Assembly: GCF_006345805.1 (NCBI RefSeq)
Contig: NC_043007.1
Span: 6,944,001 to 7,008,000, forward strand
DNA length: 64,000 bases
Source: Octopus sinensis
Lineage: Eukaryota
Reading direction: 5' to 3'
Shown: positions 25,409 through 37,864 of the stretch, in pieces
Layout: the number at the start of each line of letters is the position of its first letter
Position numbering within the stretch: position 1 is the first letter of the stretch
Translations under genes and position numbers: made by a program
The notes under the pieces: generated by a model
Told to the model about the DNA's origin: nothing
Databases searched by the model: none
Seen by the model: only the letters and a program-made list of their open reading frames with translations

Positions 25409-25444
<36 letters not shown>

Positions 25445-26023
25445 CCTCTATAAACACTTTGACTGCACGTCTAGTGTAGCATTAATTTATATTTGTGTGT
25501 GGGGGGGGGGGCTGTTTTTTTTTGTTTTTTTTTTGCTGATAACTGTTAATACTATTTTACAAACTTCATGATGTGTTGTTGTTTGGGGCTCATCACGTCC
25601 TTGTTACTTGTCTAAGTTCGGGTTGTGGCCACCAGGTCGTGACAATAGGGGAAACAATATTGTCGAATGTACTCTGATAAAGAAAAATCCGATAACTATT
25701 TATAACAGGTCATTATAAAAGGTTTTATGAATTACTTTGGGAAGAAGCGAGAGGAAGAACCGGTAATCATTTCGGTAACAATATATTTGTATGTATGTTT
25801 ATGTTTGTGTATTTATGTGTGTGTTCTTATGTTTGGCTCCCACCCTCGTGCATCAACCGCTATGGGTTTGTTTACGACCCAAACTAAGCAGTGCGGCAAA
25901 AGACTCCTGGACAATAAGCACAAGGCTTAAAAGAATATACTGCTGTTCATTTTTTCGCAAAAACCTTTCCTGCCAGCAGCAAAACGTATGATGCAATCCA
26001 ATGACACACACGTTCTTTTTCTT

Positions 26024-26165
26024 TTATCTGTTTGTCATTTGACTATGGCCATGCTGGAGTGCCGCCTTGAAATTTTAGAACTTACTGTGCTTCTAAGCTT
26101 AGTACTTATTTTATCGGACACATCATGGTGAAACGTTGAGTTACGGGAGTGTAAACAAACACATA
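26024..26165 (-). mobile_element. SINE-like family 2, diverged
   Basis: GTCATTTGACTATGGCCATGCTGGAGTGCCGCC...GTTACGGGAGTGTAAACA. Confidence 0.65.
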
Positions 26166-26245
26166 CACACGCACACACACACAAACACAAACATACGCGC
26201 ACACACATGTATATATATATATATATATCATATATATGTGTGTAC

Positions 26246-26314
<69 letters not shown>

Positions 26315-26349
26315 GAAGCACTGAACTCAACATGTGGTTTCTTTCGTTC

Positions 26350-26495
26350 TCTATTTCGTCTTATTTTCCTCTGTTGAAGACTGTAGCTCGAAAGGCAGAA
26401 GACTTTTCCATTTCGCCCGAGCGTTAAACTAATACACTTCCTTGTTGTTCCTACACCTGCCTTCGTCTTTTATCTTTCTATAAATTTGAACTATA
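26350..26495 (+). mobile_element. Family B module
   Basis: CTGTTGAAGAC...GCTCGAAA...CCCGAGCGTTAAACTAATACAC...CTTCGTCTTT...GAACTATATA. Confidence 0.6.
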
Positions 26496-26511
26496 TATAG
26501 ATAAGAAACTT

Positions 26512-26632
26512 CTTTCAGTTTCCATGTATCAACCCAAGTTCTTGGCATGTGCGTGGTTATAACAGAAGAGAGTTGCATAAGTTACCACGCAATGGAATGG
26601 AACCCGGCCCAGTGTGGGAGGCAAACTTCCTA
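26512..26632 (-). mobile_element. SINE family 4, highly diverged
   Basis: TTTCAGTTTCC...GTTATAACAGAAGA...TACCACGCAATGGAATGGAACC. Confidence 0.45.
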
Positions 26633-26851
26633 CAAAATGCTATTTATATATATGAAACAAATTATTTATCTCTGTAGGGGTCAGTAGCTCATGATTTTGG
26701 GGAAATTTTTGTAATGTCTAGTAAGTGACACATTCGTGCGGAGCGCTTTGATCGCATCGCATATTTGTAGGTTAACTTTAGTTCGTTCTAGTCTTCTCAA
26801 TCACATCGTTTGCATTCAATTTTTTGCAATATAAGCTTTACTTAATGGAAC

Positions 26852-26903
<52 letters not shown>

Positions 26904-26905
<2 letters not shown>

Positions 26906-27166
26906 CAATACCAGGTAGTGGTTTTCATGGATTCTGATTGGAAGTATCATCATGTACATTGTTTTGTCTTGGTATAAAAGATGGCCTACAGCAAATATTC
27001 TGCTCAATACCACAGATTTGCTTGTCAGTTGTTTGACCTTAACCAGTTGAGCATGTCCCTTAGTGGCTGACAATATGTGCATCTCTGATCACGAGCAGAA
27101 GTAGTGGGGGAGAATCATAGCCATGTGTTGAGATGAATTCTTTGGAGTTTCGATAATTCACCTGGA
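26904..27166 (+). mobile_element. Partial inverted copy of the same element
   Basis: Reverse complement of about 29830-30097, preceded by (TAA)n. Confidence 0.8.
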
Positions 27167-27494
27167 GCTGTTGAGGGAGTATGCCGGGAGCACTGACGAT
27201 TCTGCTAGATTCGGCTTAATCACAATAACAATAACAAGAAGAAGAATAAGGATAACAATGTCATAAATTTAGTTAGTTTAAACAAAAGAGGACATCACCG
27301 TAATATTCAGTGAAAAGAAATGAATGCCATCAGTGGTCAATCTTCCACTGCTGGCGACATTATTCTACAGTAAATCAAATTAATATTACACAATGGAGGA
27401 GCGAATGCATGAGAAACTAATAATTCAATTAAAATAAAAGCCGGGTTTACAAATTTTAATTTTTAATTTTCTATTGTATAAAATTAGTACCAAA

Positions 27495-27557
<63 letters not shown>

Positions 27558-28034
27558 GAGTGAGAGAGCAGTTCATGCCATCAAAGTGACACTGGGGTAA
27601 AATATACGAAGCCCAATATACCCATCATGACTACCCGTCTGATAAAGGTACACCAGGCACATGCATCACAACCATATGTGCGCGACATGGTGATCTCATA
27701 TCAAGATAAACAGCACATGACCTTGCAGGTGGGGCCCAGTTAGAATTTTCTTCGGGTTGAGTAGCCCATCCCGCTCAAACGGTCCCCGAATAAGGGTTGT
27801 TTAAGGATGTTGAAAGAACCACCCATGTTTCCAGAGGTGAACTATTCAAACCCCAAAGCATCCCTCTCAACACATGGCTATGATGCTCCCCCACTACTTC
27901 TGCTCATGATCAGAGATGCACATATCGTCAGCCACTAAGGGATATGCTCAACTGGTTATGGTCAAACAACTGACAAGCAAATCTGTGGTATTGAGCAGCA
28001 TATTTGCTGTAGCCCATCTTTTATACCAAGACAA
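27558..28034 (-). mobile_element. Same element, about 72 bp shorter at one end
   Basis: Starts at the identical GAGTGAGAGAGCAG junction after (ATT)n and ends in (TTA)n. Confidence 0.85.
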
Positions 28035-28118
<84 letters not shown>

Positions 28119-28146
28119 CATTATTATTATTATATTATTATTATTA

Positions 28147-28180
<34 letters not shown>

Positions 28181-28214
28181 CATTATTATTATTTTATTAT
28201 TATCATTATTATTA

Positions 28215-28284
<70 letters not shown>

Positions 28285-28306
28285 TATTATCATTATCATT
28301 ATTATT
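28035..28306. repeat. (TTA/TCA)n microsatellite
   Basis: Direct reading. Source of the poly-I/L/Y ORFs. Confidence 0.95.
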
Positions 28307-29513
28307 GTCATCGTCAATATTTACGCATTCGCTAATTGAATCAGTTGTCATATTTTAGTTGTTTGCTAACAGCTAATTCTCACGTGACAAGGAGCATGAG
28401 TTACTGAGTTTGGAAGCGATGTTAACGTAAAGACAGATACATAGAAACACACACACACACACACGCATACATACTGACGTAGACGGATGTAAACAGAAGA
28501 CCACAGCTACTCGCAAGCGCAAGCGCACTCCTTTATCTGTTATACCTGGCATGTTTGTGGGTTTGTCTCTAACAGTACAGATCTAGCAATCACACGAGTC
28601 TCACTCGAAGTTCAACTCACCACCTGTTTTGTCTCGGTAAATTAAAACTTAGTTATGGAAGAGAAATCTCTGTGGACGCGGCGGAACGCTTTGAGAACAT
28701 TTCTCAGGTCAAGCCATGTCAACTTGTTATTTATTCCTTTTATTTTTAACTTCATAGCATGCTATCCCCGTGACTTTTCATGAGCTTTTCAAGATTAATA
28801 AGAGAGAGAGAGAGGTGGGGAGAAGACAGGGACAGACAGAGAATGGTATTACCAGACAGAGGGCTTGGCAGAATGGTTGCAACAGAGCTGGTGTTAAGAT
28901 TTTGGGGTTATTGTCTCGTTCTTTCGTTGCTTTGTAGTGTTCTCACTGTTTATTAATGCATCGCTATGGCTCATTTGATCTTGTCGTTTTACGTGATAGA
29001 AATCTCACCATGTTACCTCTTTGTTGCTTTCTTATATATCTTGTCTCTGATCTTTCTCCAACATCTCAAGGCTTTGTTGCAAATAAAACAAGATAGACGA
29101 GACAGAAATGGCTGAACAAAGACAAGTTATTCTTTGGTCAAGAGGGCATCAGTGATATCACCTTTCACATGAAAGGGAAAAGTATGGGTTGAAAGCGAAG
29201 TGCTGCCTCGCAGCAAATATACTGAAAAAGAGACGTGAATGGCGAGTAAAAACAGAGTAAACTTGCCTGATTTCGCCATTAGCCGATAGACTGAAAGAGG
29301 GCAACCAGCGGTAAGAGTGCTAGCTCTTGTGCCGATGCCATCTTGGTTTTTGCGGGGTTTCAACGAATGTCCCTTGGAGGTCTCCTCCTTTGAAAAAATT
29401 TTCTTTGCTTTAATTTTTATTATTTCGCGTGTATACACGTACATGTAATTCTAGAGTTTATTATCCTATTCCATTTTCGACCTTCGTCACCGTCTTGTGG
29501 ATAGGGAAAATAA

Positions 29514-29550
<37 letters not shown>

Positions 29551-30104
29551 GAGTGAGAGAGCAGTTCATGCCATCAAAGTGACACTGGGGTAAAATATAC
29601 GAAGCCCAATATACCCATCATGACTACCCGTCTGATAAAGGTACACCAGGCACATGCATCACAACCATATGTGCGCGACATGGTGATCTCATATCAAGAT
29701 AAACAGCACATGACCTTGCAGGTGGGGCCCAGTTAGAATTTTCTTCAGGTTGAGTAGCCCATCCCGCTCAAACGGTCCCTGAATAAGGGTTGCTTAAGGA
29801 TGTTGAAAGAACCACCCATGTTTCCAGAGGTGAACTATTCAAACCCCAAAGAATCCCTCTCAACACATGGCTATGATGCTCCCCCACTACTTCTGCTCGT
29901 GATCAGAGATGCACATATCGTCAGCCACTAAGGGACATGCTCAACTGGTTAAGGTCAAACAACTGACAAGCAAATCTGTGGTATTGAGCAGAATATTTGC
30001 TGTAGCCCATCTTTTATACCAAGACAAAACAATGTACATGATAACACTTCCAATCAGTTAAGATCAGAAGCCATGAGAGCCACTGCCTGGTACTGCATCA
30101 GGGC

Positions 30105-30106
<2 letters not shown>
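29551..30106 (-). mobile_element. About 556-bp non-coding element flanked by (TAA)n, longest copy
   Basis: Near-identical to 27558-28034. Strand inferred from the shared end ...CTCTCTCACTC-(AAT)n. Confidence 0.85.
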
Positions 30107-30137
<31 letters not shown>

Positions 30138-30154
30138 CGTTATTATTATTATTA

Positions 30155-30195
<41 letters not shown>

Positions 30196-30557
30196 GTTAT
30201 TGTTATCGTTATTATTATCATTAGTATTATTATTATTTGATGTGTAAAGCAGAGCTGCCAGAATTGTCACTATGCCGGACACAAAGTTTAATGACATTTC
30301 TTACAACTGCTCTTTCTGAATTCAGATGACGGCCAAAGTAGAATTTGCTTCTCATTGTGTCCGGATGGATAACACAAAGTACCAGCCGAGTAGTAGGGTT
30401 GATGAAATCGAGCAACCAAAATTTGAGGCCTTGTACCTATAATTCAATGCATTATTATTATAAATATCATTATGATTATTATTATAATTTTACTATTATT
30501 ACTGTTGTAGTTTTTGCATCATCATTATTATTATTATCATCCTCCTCCTCATCATCA

Positions 30558-30604
<47 letters not shown>

Positions 30605-30629
30605 GTTATTGTTGTTGTTGTTGTTGTTA

Positions 30630-30790
30630 TTTTATGTTTGACTTTTGCTTTACATTTGTATAAGTTGGCTCCAAGTCTCACTCAGAGACCTCAAGAGACA
30701 ACAAGTAGCAAGTTCATGTTGGTGTTATGCCTAGGGTGCCATATATTTGGTTTTGTACTTAGTGTTGTACTAGTGAATCTTTAAAAAAAA
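30630..30790 (-). mobile_element. Probable LINE 3' UTR fragment between (TAA)n tracts
   Basis: Complex sequence bracketed by TTA/TTG repeats, shares CCTAGG...ACCAC-type wording with the 48630-48720 UTR. Weak. Confidence 0.35.
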
Positions 30791-30845
30791 CATACGAAAA
30801 TTGTTTGTTTTAAAACTTAAGATTACATAGAAATTATTATTATTA

Positions 30846-30885
<40 letters not shown>

Positions 30886-31378
30886 CATTATTATTATCAA
30901 TATTATTATCTTTATTATTATCATTATTATTATTGTTATTATTATTATTATTATTATCATCATTTATATTCATTTCAATGTTATTATAGGCCATTGTTAT
31001 TTCTCTTCAGAGTTATTGAATATAAATCCATTGATCTTTATTAAAATGTTCTGCTTCTGTCACGTACGTCTGTAATGCATTCATCTTCGGCAACTATCAG
31101 GGTATTACCGTTCACCAAATAAGATTAAATTATTTCTTTTCAATATGTCTAAAGATATCACGAGACAAAATATTTAAAAAATGTAACCATTTTTCTTGTC
31201 TGAATACAGTTTTGTACTTAATTTAATTTATTTTGACTTCCCTTTGTTGTACTCGTTGATTACAGAGTATAAGATATACAGTAGGCATCACAAAACTTAA
31301 TCTACCACGAACGGCATCTGTCGAAAACTCATTATTACATATTCAGAACACACTTCACATACACATGCTGATATATAC

Positions 31379-31453
<75 letters not shown>

Positions 31454-31823
31454 AAGAATGATATAGATAGATGGATGGATGGATATACATACATATGTCT
31501 ATACACCCCCCACACACACATATATATATATATATATAAGAGTACAAAAGTAGTTTTAGAGACAGAACCACCTTCAACTCAATCAACACTGAAAGGTTTT
31601 ATACCCTACCACTCCATAAAATGTTAAATATTAAATCTTATACTAACTACACCTATTTGGAATCCTCGGTTTTCCGTTTATAGGACTACAAGTGTTTCAT
31701 GAAAGTACGTCGGTATTAATTAGATACGAAGTATCTCGTTTGAACACTTAATCGGGTCGACATACTCCCAATCTTCAAGTCTGGATTACTCAACATTTTT
31801 CACTACAGCAGTGGTGGTACGAT

Positions 31824-32029
31824 AGAGCTGTTGTATACTGTCAACTTAACTTGACAGTCCCATAAAGGGAATCCCATCACCGCTATTTTGCCCTAGGAAG
31901 CATCAACATAAGGACACAGGAAATGTGTCAAAACCAACAGGAAGCGTTGATGCTTCGTAGGGCTAAATAGCGGTGGTGTGATTCCCTTTAAGGGACTGTC
32001 ACGTTAAGTAGACAGTATACAATTGCTCT
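31824..32029. mobile_element. Internally deleted, diverged relative of the 15289-15693 element
   Basis: TGTATACTGTCA...ACCGCT...GCCCTAGGAAGCATC | ATAAGGACACAGG...GATGCTTC.TAGGGC...GACAGTATACA. The spacer is absent. Confidence 0.75.
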
Positions 32030-32124
32030 CTCTCCCTCTCTCTCTCTATATATATATATATCTGTATATACAAGTGTGTGTATGTATAAATAAATAGATA
32101 CACACACACACACACACCACACAC

Positions 32125-32166
<42 letters not shown>

Positions 32167-33370
32167 ATATATATACATACATATGCTTAGATAGACAACA
32201 GATAGACATAAATATATAAATACATGTATGTATCAGATTTCCAGTGATGTTCTATAACCCTATTGGCTTTTGCTTGTAATTTCTTGGACGACTACATTCC
32301 ATACAGCATGGATAAAAGAGCCGTGGTAAAGACAGATACACTTCTGCGAAACAAACAGCCTCGTTTCTTTTCCAAAACACATTTCCACGCTCCGTTTGCC
32401 AGAGCTAAGACCGTTTCATCTTCATAACGTGAGATCACTAAAATAGTCGGCATATATTATCTACCTTTCTTTAAACTGTGTGCCAAGAATAATAGAAAAT
32501 ACGAAGGAAGCAGACAGCGTATATTAATTTGTGACAAATAGAATAAAGGTGTGTATCTTCATTTACATATCAGTGTATACATTGCTAACGAGTATACAGC
32601 ATTGATTGTGGCTAAGTCGTAACTAAAATTCAGCTGCCTTCGCTAAATAACGATGCGTGTTAGATCAATAGGTAAGTACTCTTTTCTACTTCAGGTACAA
32701 AGCTGGATATTTGGGAGGAGGGGACTAGACAATTACATCGACCCCCACCCTCACAAGAAAATGGTGTGTGTGTGGCGTGGGGGTGATCGTATGTGTATGT
32801 ATATAAAGAGACAAATAGACAGATAAATACGTCGACAGAGAGATAGATAGATTCGTCGATAGATAGACAGTCAGACAGACGGGTAGGTAGGTAGGTTGGT
32901 AGGAAGGTAGGTAGATAGATTTGTCTTTATATGAGGTTAGTTAAGTTTGAGAAAAAAAAACGTTTTGAAATATATACAAGCAATGTATAATATGGCTAAT
33001 ACATAAATTGCCCCAGAACATATATCATAGAAAGAATAATTGAAGGAAAAAGGAAATGAAAAAACTGTATATAATCACTTCCTGTAGCAGTATAAAGTGA
33101 ACAGTAAGATTGGCAATTCAAATATCCTGTATTTTCTTTTGCCAGTTAAGGATGCTCCATCAAAGTCTTCTCTGACATTTTCATTTTACTTCAGCTTATT
33201 CCTTATCTCTCCAAGGTCACGCTATGAACGATTGTAATACATACACAGAGATATGGGTTTCAGTGTAAAAAATATATATTCGTTTTCTTTTCTTGTTTTT
33301 CTTCCTCTGCCACCTCTTCCTCCTTCTCTTCCCCTTCCTCCGCTTCTTCTTCTAATTATTATTATTATTA

Positions 33371-33418
<48 letters not shown>

Positions 33419-33429
33419 TATTATTATTA

Positions 33430-33610
33430 GGTCAGTGAGCTGGCAGAATCGTTACCACATTCTGAGTTCAAATTCCGTCGAGGTCGACTTTGCCTTTCAT
33501 CCTTTTGGGGTCTGTAAATTATGTACCAGTGAAACACTGAGGGTGGGGGTCGGTGTAATTGACTAGTCCCTTCCCCCAAAATTTCCAGACTTGTACTCTA
33601 AGTAGAAAAT
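33430..33610 (+). mobile_element. SINE family 1
   Basis: GAGCTGGCAGAATCGTTA...TTCTGAGTTCAAATTCCGTCGAGGTCGACTTTGCCTTTCATCC. Confidence 0.8.
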
Positions 33611-33613
33611 ATC

Positions 33614-33673
<60 letters not shown>

Positions 33674-33850
33674 TCATGAAATCTCCCAGCGTATTTTGCT
33701 GGGTATGATGGAAAGTGCCACCTGTCCACAGCCAGCAGACTAAGGTGACATTCGTTTACAGGTCATGCTTCAAGAACCCCACAGTTCCAAGTAATGCCGA
33801 TTTTAGGTGTTCCATTCTTTCATGTATAACAAATGCTTTGAGTCATGCTG
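33674..33850 (-). mobile_element. R4/Dong 3' end
   Basis: Homologous to 61170-61330 (GATGGAAAGTG...TGTCCACAGCCAGCAGACT.AGGTGACA), abuts (TTA)n. Confidence 0.75.
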
Positions 33851-33867
33851 CTATGATTATTATTATT

Positions 33868-34140
33868 AGCTCTTTATCACAGGTTTTCTTGGATCTCCTG
33901 GAGTCTTGCATGCGAAGCGGGCTTACTACCTGCAGCCTACCTTATTAGCTATCTGATACTTTCCTGATTATTCTGGCCGTGCCGAGGACGCAAACCTTTC
34001 GTAACAGTTCAACTGGGCGCCCTATTCTAATTTCCTGTATGTCGCTTTTGTTGCCTTCTGATACTATTTTCAAGGACCCGACAACAATTGGCACTATTTT
34101 CAACTTCTTCATTTTCCATAGCCGGGCTATTTCGTACTTA
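33868..34140 (-). mobile_element. R4/Dong RLE C-terminus and 3' UTR
   Basis: KYEIARLWKMKKLKIVPIVVGSL...ELLRKVCVLGTARIIRKVSDS*. Confidence 0.85.
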
Positions 34141-34151
34141 GGAGGGTTGCA

Positions 34152-34175
34152 TCTATCTATCTATTTATCTATCCC

Positions 34176-34252
<77 letters not shown>

Positions 34253-34263
34253 TTATCTATCTA
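34152..34263. repeat. (TCTA)n microsatellite
   Basis: Direct reading. Confidence 0.95.
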
Positions 34264-34431
34264 TCCGCCTTCCTTCTTGACTATTCGTAGGGCAAAGGAA
34301 CATGTTACGTCAACTACATAGCATATGTGGTGCACCTTGTCCACTACCACTAGGTCCGGTCTGTTATGTTCTAGCACCTATTCAGTTTAGATTGGGAAAT
34401 TCCAGAGTATTTTGCTAGTCTCCGACTCTAT

Positions 34432-34490
<59 letters not shown>

Positions 34491-34520
34491 TTATTATTAT
34501 TATTATTATTATTATTAGAA

Positions 34521-34830
34521 CAGCGAGTTGGCAGAATCGTTAGCAAGCTGGAAAAATACTAAGAGGCATTTTATTCGTCTTCAAGTTCTAAGTTCAAATT
34601 CCGCCGAGGTTGAGTTTGCCTTTCGTCTTTTCGGGGTCGATAAAGTGAGTACCAGTCAAGCACTGAGGTCAATAGATTCTATTTATTCCCGCCTTCAAAA
34701 TTGCTAAATTTCTCTCCAAATTTGAAGCCCAAAACTGCAAGCAGTGAGAATGCATAACAGCATTTCGTCGGTCGTTATACCCTGAGTTCAAATTCTGCCG
34801 AAGCGAACTTTGCCTTTCATTCTCCCAGGC
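34521..34830 (+). mobile_element. SINE family 1 plus partial second copy
   Basis: GCGAGTTGGCAGAATCGTTAGC...GTTCAAATTCCGCCGAGG, second GAGTTCAAATTCTGCCG at about 34783. Confidence 0.75.
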
Positions 34831-37341
34831 AAATACACGGTCTTGAAATATTCACTCACTCAATAGACACGCGATATTTGATATCAAACCAATCGTTTCT
34901 TTGTTAATTGCTTTCTCTTGCTCTGAACGCCATTGTGCATGAAACTTCTGGATAACTGGAAAGCCACTGATCCAAATCCTGCTGTCAAGAAATAGATAAC
35001 TACTTTGGTGTCAGTATCAGCTTACTCTTCAGAGATCAGTCGATTATTTATATTCGTTGTTCGTACATAAATAACTCTCACTTCTTCAGTTCAAATATCT
35101 CTGAAAGTACGAAGGGTTCGCACATCAACAATTGTATAGTATCCATAACTTAAGTAAATGTATATCATTGTTTGTTAAAGATTCGGCGTATCAAACTCTT
35201 ATACAGTTTTTTTTTATTCCGAGATCAGCACTAAATAACACTTTATATTGAGATTTATAGTTTTTTCTGACACTGATTGGAAGCAAGCAATTTTTCGCAT
35301 GCCACACTAAATCTTAAAAAGCAATTTAAGGGCCAAGAAAATAATGAAGTCTTTGCATTGAATATCAACTGTATCAGTGTTATAGTATCAAGGGCTCCAG
35401 CATGTTCTGTGCTCTGCTATATTTCCTGATTGAATAAGTATGCAGGGGACTTGGTCTGTCTCTCAGAGTTAACCTGTACGATTAATACGCGTTCTCTGTG
35501 AACATTCCTTAATGTTTATATCAACGTATTTCGTGTATTTCTGTTATGATCAAGACTGCTGATTGGTGAATATGGTTTGATGCTTTGTACGCAATAATCA
35601 TTCTTGTATATAAAACGTCATTTTCAAAGACCGTCTCCGAGATATTTGATTTGCTTCTAATAGTTTTCATAAATACCATGACAGTCGTTGTATCCCTTTC
35701 ACTGCAAAACTGCTTGAAACAATATTTTGCGTCACGTGTTGTCGGAGACATTTCTAATTAAATTTCTACGAAACGTTTTAAACTCGTGATGTCGAGAACA
35801 AATCTGTACGTGTAGTATGATCTTTACAATATATGAACCATTAATATTTTATTTATTGTAAAGATGTCAGAAACACACGAAAGCTCAACAAGACGTTATT
35901 TAGTATTTAATACGTGTCACAGATGCTGACTTTATTTTTCATTCTCCTGGGTTTCCTTATATTAAAAATCATTATTTTTCTAATTAAATATTACTTGCTC
36001 TCATTCCCTATAGATGTTTGATCTTACATGTGTCAATATATGAACAGTCTAAAATTCTCTTCTGTATGAAATAACTGTAATTCATTTTTGAATAAAAGGG
36101 TATATGCTTGAAAGCAAACTCGAGAGGATGTTAAACTAAGCAGAAATTGAGATGCAAGTATTGTGTGTGAAGCTGAGAAACTGCTAATTAATATTAATTG
36201 TTGATAATGCAAATGTCGTGTAGCGGTACAACGTGAATGGGAAAAACAGCGCTGTTTTTTCTCATTAATCTCTAATTATTATCTATTGTTGGGCAGGTAT
36301 GTTCTTCATAAACACAACAGGAATCCTTGTAGAAACCTGTGGTAGTTGTCTTTGTCTTGTAGTAGTGAGAGGGGGGAGTGATTCTTTTTGCTAATTCATC
36401 CAAAGGAAGTTCATTAGAAGCTGTGACGTTAAACTGCGAGTACTGAAGACATTATATATAGAGAGATATATGTGTGTATGTGTGTGTGTGTTTGCGTGTT
36501 TGTGTGTGTGTGCGTGTGGTAAATGCGTATGTGTGTTGAGCATTTGACGACATCGACATTGATTTTTCTTTAATGTTTTTGTCAAATAAACACACGCACT
36601 GTATATTCGTTCTTCACTCGTTTATTATTATTTTTATGTCCTTTGTCTCGAAATCTTTCGTTACACACCTGTAACCTATTCAGCGACATTCCGCTCCACG
36701 TATCTCCTCTTTGTCCATTCTAAATGGGCTAAACTGAACGAGGAGTTACGTGGGATAGAAAGCCGCTGAAGATGTCACAGCATATATAACGATAGATTTC
36801 CATACAATTACCATAAAACAGGAAGAATATTAAACAAGTAAAGATCGAAAACAAAGTGCGAGTGTTTCTTTGGCAAAGAAAAAAACAACAAAAGAATAAT
36901 TGGATTGCTGAGTCGGAGCAGATACGAATTTGGATAGGATTTCTTCTTTGAGCCTACCATCCGACTCCCTTCTTCCCTCGTACCAGTCCTGGAAGACTCT
37001 AGTTGAACTCTGGTCGATATGTTCTGATTTCTTTCAGTAATTCACATAAAAAAGAAACAGTAAAATCAACCTCTACAACAGCAACAACAGCATTAATATG
37101 TGTGCATGATGTGTGTGCAATTTAATCGAGTGTAAGCAGATTCACACTTATCGATATCCTCAATCAATTTACAAGCAGTGCTGTATTTTCTATGCACTTC
37201 AATGTTACAAAAGCATAGCTCGAGTGACATTACAGGCGGGAAAATGATACACCGCAATACGTAAACCAATACCGCACCAAGAAGCCTACATGTTCAGGAA
37301 ATATAAAGAAACCCACAGATATATATTTCTGTTCCCTCCTA

Positions 37342-37527
<186 letters not shown>

Positions 37528-37864
37528 TTATGCTGCTTTGAAAATACGCTTGTGATGTATTCTTTGCATTTCGTACTTTTCGTATTCACGAAAAAATTTA
37601 CTTTAATTTTATACTGTTTCCAAATACAACATCAATGATCCTATGCTGTTTCTCTCACGTCTGCGACATAAGATTACAGTGGTGTATATTTCTGCCATTC
37701 TATACAAGGCATGTTGCAAATACCGTAGAGAGAGGATACAGAAATAAATGAAAAGTAACTAACCAAGCATACACACGCGCGTGCGCAGACACAATGCATA
37801 CATTTATACCTACGCACACACAAACACATGTATATCAAAATAAGCAACGGGATACCAAGCAGTA

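Noticed and set aside
29127-29444. 105-aa minus-strand ORF in non-repetitive sequence
   Set aside because: No recognisable motif and no supporting splice architecture.
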